Under the pieces are notes generated by a model that saw only the letters and a list, made by a program, of their open reading frames with translations, was not told the DNA's origin and did not search any database. From the IMG/VR virus record IMGVR_UViG_3300017739_000010, positions 1 through 59,530 of that record: DNA of 59,530 nucleotides. One strand, written 5' to 3'. The position numbers and the translations under genes were made by a program. This DNA comes from a virus (Duplodnaviria > Caudoviricetes). Each line of letters starts with the position of its first letter. Within the stretch, counting starts at the first letter, position 1. Below are positions 27,356 to 37,100 of this stretch, one piece after another.

Positions 27356-30300
27356 ATGAACACAAACAACTCTATTTCAAACTCACTAAAAAGGCTCTTA
27401 GAGCTTAATACTAACTCGTTAAAAACATTTGAGAGAATTAACGAGGCTATTACTACTGATCAGAAAAGTATTCCATTAGAAATACTTACTGACGAGGGTA
27501 CCAAAATAGTATCTATACCTGGGTTTGGCTTCATGCAAAAAGAGTTACAAAGATTAGACACTAATCTAAAGGCTTTAACAGGTTTGGGTAAAGGTTCTAC
27601 TAAGATTAAATTACCAGATGGAACTTTTCAAAACATTATTACATCTGCTCTTAAAAGTCCAGCTAACGACTTAACAGCAGTAGCAAGACCTATTAATTTT
27701 TCAACTGCTCCGAACTATTTTGCAGAGGATTTCTTAAATCCAATGCTTAAAACTTCTTTCGATGTAAGTGGTCAAATTCCAAATGACACTGAAAGAGTTT
27801 TAGTAAAAAGAATTATATTTGATTCTTCAAATCAAGCTTCTGTAGAATTCTTTAATGATAATTACAGAAACCAAGAGAATGTAGACTATTTAACTGCTAT
27901 TAGAGATATAGTTAATAATAATATTGCGTATCTTCTAGATGAAGAATTAAGAGATATGCCATACAGAACAGGGCAATATACTGGAAAGTTTGATGTCCTA
28001 TCAATCTCAAATTCACAAAGAGAAGTTTTAGTCGACGGGGTTACTACAAAACAGGCTATCAAGTTATACACTTTAGATAAATTAACTTACTCGGATAAAG
28101 ATAAAGATTTAGATCAGACTGAATTATTACGAGTGGGTGATGAATTGATGGTCGCTGGTGGCGCTAAAAACACAAGGTATGTGATTGACAAACTTGACTC
28201 TTCGACTCGTCAGGTTGAGCTTAGACTAGTTGAGGGATATGAACCAATTAAGATTGGTGCTAATGTACTTGGTATCTATAAAACTGAAGATAATAATCTA
28301 CAAGTTGAAATACCATGTGGGTTTAACGAGAGAGTTTTAATGTTTATGAAGCCTATTGATGCTGATTCTAAATTATTAGCAGAAAATTGGTCTCCAGGTG
28401 TTGGTTATTATACAAACGAATTAACTCTTACCCAAGAGGATGGTGTACAAATTACTCTAGCAGAATACTATAAAGATAATGTTGCTGATTTCAGTAGAAT
28501 GATTGATGCTTTAAAGGTAGATCCAGTAGTTCCTGCTGCAGTCGGTGTAACTCCTGATGCTCCTGTTTTAGACGGTGAGAATTTTAAGGTAGTTCAAATT
28601 AACACACATTTATCTGCAAATGACGCTAGAGATAAAATTTCTAAATTATCTGCTGATAAAATTACAGTTGATGAGGCGGTTAAGAAATTAGATAGTACAA
28701 TTGCTAAAAAGCGTGAAGAAATTGCTACAAAGAAATATGAGTCTGAAGTACAAAAAGATAAAGATAGATCAGAATTAAATTCGTTAATCGAAGAGAGAGC
28801 TTCAGAAGCTAAGTTATTTGATTCTATTGTAAATCAAGTTCAAAGTATTTCATCTGCATCTAATGTAAAGAATGTTTCACCTAAATATAGAATTAGAGGT
28901 TTCTGGGCTATACCTGCTGCTAAGAAAGTTGCAGACACTGCAGATCAAGAAGTAGTACAATTTATAGTTTCATATAGATACCTATCAACTTCCGGTAAAT
29001 CTGGTGAAGCTGCTCAAATTCCATTTAAAGAAAATGGTAGAGAGAAAACAGCAGTATTCTCGAACTGGAATGAAAAGAAAACCGTAGTAAGACCTAGAGC
29101 AAAATCAATAGCTCCAGATGGTTCAGTTTCTACAAAGTTTTCATGGCAACCTTCTAAAATAGAAGACGGTCAAGAGATTAACTTTAACCAATTAGATATT
29201 CCTATTAATCAGGGTGAAACTGTAGAGATTAGAGTTAAATCTATATCTGAAGCAGGTTACCCACAGAATCCAATTATTTCTGATTGGTCAGAATCGATGA
29301 CTGTAGCTTTCCCAGAAGCTGAGATCGATACAACTGATATTGCTGCTACAGTAGAACAAAATTTAGCTGAATTAGCTAGAGTAAGAATGAACGAAGAGCT
29401 AACTGCTCAAGGAGTTTATACTCACGTTGGAGATTCATTTACTGCTAATGAAAGTTATTATGCCCATATAGCAACAAACATTGCTTCTGGATTCCTATCC
29501 CCAGAGCAAAAACCAATTTCTGTATATGACAAGATAGCAGAACTAGAAGCTCAAATAGCTGCACTTAAAGGTTCAGTTGAAGCTGAGGTTGGTGAATTGG
29601 TTGTTAAGATTGTTTCTGAAGATGGTACTGTAACAAATGTTGCTAAAGACACTACAGTTCAGTTATTTGCTGGATATTATGTAGATGAGGTTGCAGACTT
29701 AACAGTTAGAAAAGGGCATATTGTAAATAAGACATTTAAACTACAATTAGAAAATAGTAAAGCCACCAAACTAGAATTAGTTTCAAGATTAGTTGGTGAT
29801 AGAAATAAACCAGCGTATAGATCTTCTGCTGGAGCTTCAACCGAGAGTAGTAATGGATTCGGTCTAGCACTGAATGATAATAATGGTAATGCTGCTGATA
29901 AAAAAGTAGAAAATGATAGCTATTATTTAACGGAAGGTAAATACGATTTATCTCCTATTCAATACCAAAATGTAGATACAGGTAATTTTGATGAAACAGG
30001 AACTGCTCCATATCAATCTGCTCAAAGAAGAGGTCAGTTTGTATATAGTAGATTCATGGATATTGCAAACCAGAATGCGCACTACGTGGTTGAGCCTGTT
30101 GAGACTATTCCTGCAAACCCCGATATTACTGACTACGAACATGATTTAGATTACAATTCTGCGACTCCTCTGGCTACTTCGAGTGGAGCTAATGATTTTA
30201 TCTGGGCAGGTTCATTTGGACAAGGTGATAGTTCATTAGGTGATGGAAACGGTTACTCTGGAGTTTTTGATAACTCTAAAGTTAATACTGCTGCAATAGG

Positions 30301-31072
30301 AAGTATTGGGCTTTACCAATATAACAGAGGTTTATATGTTCACAAGGACCATCCATTATTAGAAAATGTATGGGAAGATGCTGCTGCAGCAAACAACTTG
30401 GATATAGACGCTGTAAGAAAAAGCATGATTTTCTCTATGCCTAAAACAGCTACGTTCGCGACAGGTGCTACACTATATAGCTTCTTTGGTTACAACGCTA
30501 ATTTAGATAGAGTTGCAAGTAAACAACAAACGGCATATCATAACGGTAGAGGCTTAAGTGCTGTAACTTCTGGTCAGGACTTAGGAAGATCTGTTAAAAT
30601 GTCTTTTGAAGAAAATGACCAGTATTTGTTAGGTGGTAGATCTTGTGGTGCATTCTTATTTATGTCTCCAATCAACATTGAAACATTAAAAGTTGGTGGT
30701 GACACTAGAAGAAGTAAAAAAGAAATAAACCCTAAAAAAGATAATGAATCTAACGCTGTTTCTGTGGACATAGTATTCCAATATAGAATGACTGACTATT
30801 TTGGAAACAATGAATCTTTAGATAACGGTAGAATTGGAGGATTTGCTAGATTAGCTTACAACAACCTGACTTTTACTAAAAAGATTGGTTTAGATATTTT
30901 CGACAAATACGAAGAACAGTTCTCTTTCGATCTAGAGATATTCGCTAAATATAGTCCAAAAGGTAAAAACTTAAACTCTATTAAAGCGGCTAGATTAACG
31001 AGAGACGTGGATGCTAACCCAATACAACAGTGGTATTCTCCTGTTAATAGTAGAAACATCAGACAGTATTAA
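27356..31072 (+). CDS. large virion structural protein (coiled coil plus FN3-like)
   Basis: 1238 aa; charged coiled coil; EIRVKSISEAG...SDWS FN3-like strand. Confidence 0.55.
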   Translation: MNTNNSISNSLKRLLELNTNSLKTFERINEAITTDQKSIPLEILTDEGTKIVSIPGFGFMQKELQRLDTNLKALTGLGKGSTKIKLPDGTFQNIITSALKSPANDLTAVARPINFSTAPNYFAEDFLNPMLKTSFDVSGQIPNDTERVLVKRIIFDSSNQASVEFFNDNYRNQENVDYLTAIRDIVNNNIAYLLDEELRDMPYRTGQYTGKFDVLSISNSQREVLVDGVTTKQAIKLYTLDKLTYSDKDKDLDQTELLRVGDELMVAGGAKNTRYVIDKLDSSTRQVELRLVEGYEPIKIGANVLGIYKTEDNNLQVEIPCGFNERVLMFMKPIDADSKLLAENWSPGVGYYTNELTLTQEDGVQITLAEYYKDNVADFSRMIDALKVDPVVPAAVGVTPDAPVLDGENFKVVQINTHLSANDARDKISKLSADKITVDEAVKKLDSTIAKKREEIATKKYESEVQKDKDRSELNSLIEERASEAKLFDSIVNQVQSISSASNVKNVSPKYRIRGFWAIPAAKKVADTADQEVVQFIVSYRYLSTSGKSGEAAQIPFKENGREKTAVFSNWNEKKTVVRPRAKSIAPDGSVSTKFSWQPSKIEDGQEINFNQLDIPINQGETVEIRVKSISEAGYPQNPIISDWSESMTVAFPEAEIDTTDIAATVEQNLAELARVRMNEELTAQGVYTHVGDSFTANESYYAHIATNIASGFLSPEQKPISVYDKIAELEAQIAALKGSVEAEVGELVVKIVSEDGTVTNVAKDTTVQLFAGYYVDEVADLTVRKGHIVNKTFKLQLENSKATKLELVSRLVGDRNKPAYRSSAGASTESSNGFGLALNDNNGNAADKKVENDSYYLTEGKYDLSPIQYQNVDTGNFDETGTAPYQSAQRRGQFVYSRFMDIANQNAHYVVEPVETIPANPDITDYEHDLDYNSATPLATSSGANDFIWAGSFGQGDSSLGDGNGYSGVFDNSKVNTAAIGSIGLYQYNRGLYVHKDHPLLENVWEDAAAANNLDIDAVRKSMIFSMPKTATFATGATLYSFFGYNANLDRVASKQQTAYHNGRGLSAVTSGQDLGRSVKMSFEENDQYLLGGRSCGAFLFMSPINIETLKVGGDTRRSKKEINPKKDNESNAVSVDIVFQYRMTDYFGNNESLDNGRIGGFARLAYNNLTFTKKIGLDIFDKYEEQFSFDLEIFAKYSPKGKNLNSIKAARLTRDVDANPIQQWYSPVNSRNIRQY

Positions 31073-31112
31073 TAATCTACAATTCCTAACAATTCAGTTA
31101 GATAATAATCTT

Positions 31113-31121
31113 GATATATAA
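31113..31121 (+). promoter_or_regulatory. late-promoter-like GATATATAA
   Basis: Intergenic, upstream of the 2752-aa gene. Confidence 0.6.
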
Positions 31122-31158
31122 TAGAGACGAAATATCTCTAGAATAAAGATTTAACTGA

Positions 31159-34100
31159 ATGGCAAATATAAGTTTTCAACTTAATACTACAACTGGATTT
31201 TCTGATGCTGCCAGCGCGATAGCAAACTGGGGCACGGGAAGTGTAGTTACCGCGTGGGTAATTGACTCAGGCAGCGGGCAGGTTAGTGCAAATGACATCG
31301 TTTATCAAAATAACGATGGCGTACCTAACCAAAACGACGGTACTCTATCTAATCCATTCCAAGGGGGACTATATTATTATGCGTTTGAACAACTAGATGG
31401 TAGTATTGCTGCAGCACAAATAGATAATACCGGTTCAATATCTTCCTCGGTAATCACGACTACAACTACAAGCTCTACAACCGCGCCGGCTACTCCAACT
31501 TATACAATTCTTGTAACAGACGCGGCTGGTAACACGCCTTCTAATAACGAATTTAACGAGGGTGCTGTTGTAAATGTTACGATTCAAAGTGGTGGAGTAC
31601 TAGGTAATACACTTGACTACGCTGTAAGTGGCACTGCGACCGAGAATGATTTTACAGCAAACGGGTGGCCATTAGGAGTTGGCTTAACTCAGGGCACTCT
31701 TAATTTTGCGAATGCGGATACGGTACCTTTACAATTTACAATTTTAAATGATTTAAGTAGCTCTGAAGGCCCCGAGAATTTAATTATTACTTTAGATCCT
31801 CAAGATAATAACGGTAATAGTGCTGGACAAACAGTAACTATTAACATTCTAGATACAAGTGCAAACCAACCTCCAGCTTTAAGTGCAGTAACTGCCACAG
31901 TAACTCAAAATGGTACAGGAAATGATTTCGTAGATATTGATTTTTCTCAAGGTGCCGTTGACCCAGAGTCAGATCCTCTAACTTTTTATATTCAATCATT
32001 GCCATCTGGTGGTGGTACTCTTAGAGATCCACAGGCTCCAACTACAGATTTAACTACTAATGATTTACCATATCAAATTCAGAGTAGTGGATATGAAATA
32101 AGATATTACCCTGGTACAACTTTTGTTGGGGGTAATGCTGTTTTTAATTGGTATGCTGAAGATGGAATAAGTACTCAAAATGGAACCGCGTCAGCTACTG
32201 TAACTGTTAACGCTCCACAGAACCAAGCTCCGGTTGCTGCTAATGTCTCTCCAGCTGCTTTTCAAGCTGGAACTGTAGGCATACAAAAATTCTTTACCAG
32301 AAGCGCAACTGACGAAGATGTTTCTACATTAACTTTTAATTGGTCTGATGCTAATGGAACTACTCTATCTGGTGGATTAGCTGATATAAACCCTACTTTA
32401 TTGTATGGTCAGTTAACTCAGGCTTCTGGAGAAACTTTTCTTTATACAACAAACACTACACTCGGACCAAACGATCCAAGTGCATCAGAGACTTTATTTT
32501 ACTATACGGCTACTGATAGCCAAGGTGAAACATCAGCGGCTGCTCAAGTACAATTTCAATTATTGCCTCCTGGAAACGTGGCGCCATCTTTCGATGTAAC
32601 TCCACCAAGCACGCCAATACAAATTACTAATGGGGTTGCTTATATCCAACAAGGCATTACAGCAACGGACCCAGAAGGAAATACAGTAACTATTTCTGTA
32701 CAAAATGTTGGTGGTACTGATACTGGTGCTACAGCAACATTTAATGGTGGCAACTTAACCGTTACAGGTTCTAGCGCAGGTTCTGTTTCTGTAACTTTAA
32801 GGGCGACAGATCAATTTAGCGCTTTCGATGCTGCTAACGATATTACATACAACTTTACGACAGTGGCAGTTGCTTATAGAGGTGTTAGAAAATCTGCATT
32901 CTCAAACTCAGATACTGCTGCATGTTCTTTAGAAAGACCTGCTCAAGGATTTTACTATTATTCTACAGGTACTGGTGGAACTACATTCTTAAGTAATTTA
33001 GCCGCAGGTGCGTTCTTATACTCAGATACTGGTTTACAGAATAAAATTATCCCGAGTAGCGCTAGCTTCCCTTGGATTTCTGTAGAAGAGACAGTCGGTA
33101 ATACTCCCACGGTTAAAGCATTAAAATTAAATGCTAGTGATGGAGCAATAGAGGAGGTTTTAAACTGTACAGTTACTGGAGGTAATGCATGGCCTATCTT
33201 AGTTAGATATAGTCAAAATGCCACCGTATTCTGTGATGGTGTTTATGAAGAGACAGAAGCTTGGCAAAATATTGGTGAGACTGCAACTATAGTAGATGTT
33301 GTATCTGCAGGTGGTCAATTATTCTCATCAGAGTATTATGCGAATCAATACTTAAACAATAATGGCATTTATGCACCATCGTCTTTAATTTTATTAAATG
33401 GTGTTTATACACAAGATGGTGTTACAGATGTAGATGTAGAGAGAAATTATTTTAACTATTCAGGTGGTTGGACTGCGAACCCTGCACCATTACTTAACGA
33501 TCCAACCAACGATCCAAACGTGCTCGCGCAAGTAAATGGAATGTATGAATGTGCTCCTGATATTGTATACTCTACAAAATCTATTGATGTCTTCTGGAAC
33601 AGCTCGGAGCCAACTAATGTTAGCGCATTCTGTGCTCCTCAAAATGCTGTAGGCTGGAACACAAACAATCTAGGTAGTACTTATGATACTATTACTTTAT
33701 ATTACAGACAGGATGTAAATGATAGCACTAACTGGAATCTTTTAGATCTTGCAAAAAACCAAATATTGGTTTATATTTCTCAAACAGCGGCTGAAAACCA
33801 AGACTACAATTTAGTACAACCTAGTTCAGTTTTGTTATCTAACAACGGGGAAGGTTTCGTATTATTTGATAAAGATGATGATACAGGGTATTCAGGTTCA
33901 TATAGGTGGTACGCTTTCAGCCCAGATGATAATAACAATGCAACATTAGATAATTTATTAGAGGTTGCAGACAGTGGATCTGTTTACGGACAATGTGAAG
34001 ATCAGATAACTGGTCCTCTAGCAGATTATATTAGGCCTGAGGTTTGGAATATAAACACTAATAACCTTAATATAGTAATTGGAAACGAAGCAGGCTCAGT

Positions 34101-37100
34101 TTACTTTGCATTCTATGGATGTGACGTTAAATTAGATCCTGGAATTCCTGGAGGTGAGCCTTACTACCCAATGTATATTGTGGATGGTATGATAGAGAGA
34201 ATACAGCTTCTAGATGCTGGTACTTCATATATTAATACTTTTGTCCAAGCGATTACAAATAACACGTTAAACACAAGGGCTCAAGTTAAAGTAGGTGGAG
34301 AATGTTTAACTTACACAAATGCTATTGTAGCAACTAACATCGAAGATGCTGTCAACATCATGCAATCTGAGTTAGATTTAGTTGGTGGCGGGGATGTTGT
34401 AAGGGCTGTTTCTATTAATGCGGTAGACTTAGGTCTTGGAAGTGAAGCTGTAGTATCTTACAATCCTCACCCTATGTCGTTGAGCGGTCAACAAGATTTA
34501 ATATGCTACAATTGTAAAGCTAATTCTAATAATTGGGCTACTTATGAGTTTCCAATTATGGACGATGCTCAGATTTTAAATAGAACTTTACCTAATTTTA
34601 ATTTAGAAGAAAATTATATATTAGATAACGTATCTAAGCCTTTATTAAGAACAAACCCAAAATTATCAACAAATGCTAAAATTGTAGCTAATAGTACTGA
34701 TAAAATTTTCATAGAGTCTATTGATGCAACTAAAGAGTTGGCTTCTGTTGAGTATAAGAAGTGGGAGCTTAATCCAAATGGACAATACTCACAAGACTTA
34801 TATAAGTTTTACAAAAGTAGTTCCACTCCGGCGAGTATAATGTATGCTACAAGAGTTGATTCTTCAGATTTTGCTGTTCAAGAATCCTATGATAAACAAA
34901 TTGAAGAAGTTTATCATTATGGAACAACTTACAATTATTCCAAGCTACATAGTGAAGACCTTAGAATTTTAGCTCCTATTTGGTTAGATAAAGATATTCC
35001 TAAGAGATTTGTTGTATTTAGAGTAAACGACCCTGTAGGTGAAGCTGATTTTGATACAAGAGGTAGTTTTGATAACTTACAAGAGTTTTTAAAGAATTCT
35101 GAAATTGTTAAGACTTTTGATTTAACCACTAACTCTTCATTAGGTAAATATATTAGAAACCATGTAAACTCTGAGTCTTTCCCAAGAGGTCCAATACAGT
35201 TTAACTTTGAAAAGAGAGAAAAGAGTAATTTTAAAGGTATTGATTTAGAGAAGGGTGGATTTACGGCTAAGGGTGAATATTTACACAAAGATTTCGTTTA
35301 TACAGATGGTCCTTTAATTTCTGCTAATGCTACTATTACAGATGGCTTTGAAAGAAATAAATTAGCATGTGCAAACCTACTTAATTTAGAATTCTTGTTT
35401 GACGATAACAACGCTTCTGATTATTCTATTAATAGATATTTTGGTCTTTATGTAAACGATATTGACTCTGGCTATGGTAATCTTAGATCTGCAGAAAATG
35501 GTAATTTAATTTTTGAGTCATTAAACTCATATATTAATGAAGACCCAAAGTCTGCAATTCCTGCATTTAAACAAATATCTGATACTCCAACTTTGGGTTA
35601 CTTGTCAATTAGTGATGAGTTTTACAAAATATCCTCAAAGGCAAAATATGATGTAGATAAACTTAATTTAATCGTAGAAGATGGTGCTAATGCAATTCCA
35701 GCAGAAATTAAGACAGCTCCAAATGGAAAATCTATTGATATTGTCAAGAGAGATGATGCTGGTTTTGATTTTGTTAAAAGTACAATTACTAGAGCGCCCC
35801 AGGTAAATGATAGGTTTATCGTATTTGAGTCTAGAGAGTCTTCATACTCTATTAAATTCTTAAGGTTAATTCCTAATGAGACGTGGCAGCTCAAGCTGGT
35901 GATAGCTGGTAATGTAACAAACATAAATATAGCTACACAGGGAAGTATAGAAGCTACAGGTCTTGTGTTAAATGCCGCATTAGTTCAATATCCTAATATA
36001 AGCGCTTCTTGGGATGCTAATGCTAAAAAGATTTACATTACAGAGGTTAATGCTACTTTAGATGATTTACAGGTTGAATTTACTCCCGTAATACCACAGT
36101 CTTCAAGTACTGTTACTAAAGTTGAGCAGATTCAAACTTCTGTTAATCTAGATAATTCTACATTCTTTGCTACGTTTAGTTTACCTGCTGGAACTTTCAG
36201 CGGTCAACTATTCTCAGCACAAGGTACAAACTCTGAGATTGCAAAAGCAATAGCAGGTTGTATCAATAATAGTTCAATTAACTTTGATGTTGTAATAGCA
36301 GACGGTGCTTCAGAATTCTATATAAAATCTAAAATTGCAGGTTACAAGCTTCTACAATCCGGCGTTTTAGTCCCTAACGCTAACGCTGAAGATTTTATAT
36401 CCTTTGAAAACTTAGACGAGAGAACAACTCTAAACCCAAAGGGATTACTAGGGTTAGACAACAGTATAAGAACATTAAATTCCGTCCACTTTATGAGCGG
36501 CGGTAATTCTGGTGGTAAGTCTGTATTAGTGTCACAAGATTCAGTAGCTGATGTTGTGGTGGGAGATATGTTAGCAACCGGATCTGCCGGAACTTTCAAT
36601 ATGGTAATTGATATTGTTGATGATATTGCAACACCAAACACTATATACAAGAAATTAGTTTTAGATAAAGTAAATGTATTAGAAAGTGGAGAACAAAAAA
36701 TATATGCGGAGAACATTGCTAAATTAGGTTTATTCTCAGCTTATGATATTCATGATATGAACTTCGATTTCTATGATATATCAAACTCTGAGCTTAAAGA
36801 ATTAGAATATGAAACTTCTGCAAATATTAACTATGAGCCGGAAAGAAGTTCTACAAATACATTAGAGGTTTTCGGAACAGATTATGATATTCAAGATGTT
36901 TACAGCTACTTTACAGGTATTAGTGATACTCTACCCGAAGAAACATTAGATGCATACAACGAGGTTAAATTATTCAGCGAGTATGATAGGCTACAAGAAA
37001 ATAATATCAAAGAATTTGCTGTAAGATCTAGAACAGTTCCTAACATTAATAAATGGGTATTAAAAGATACTTTAACTGTAAGAGAACAACCATATTATTT

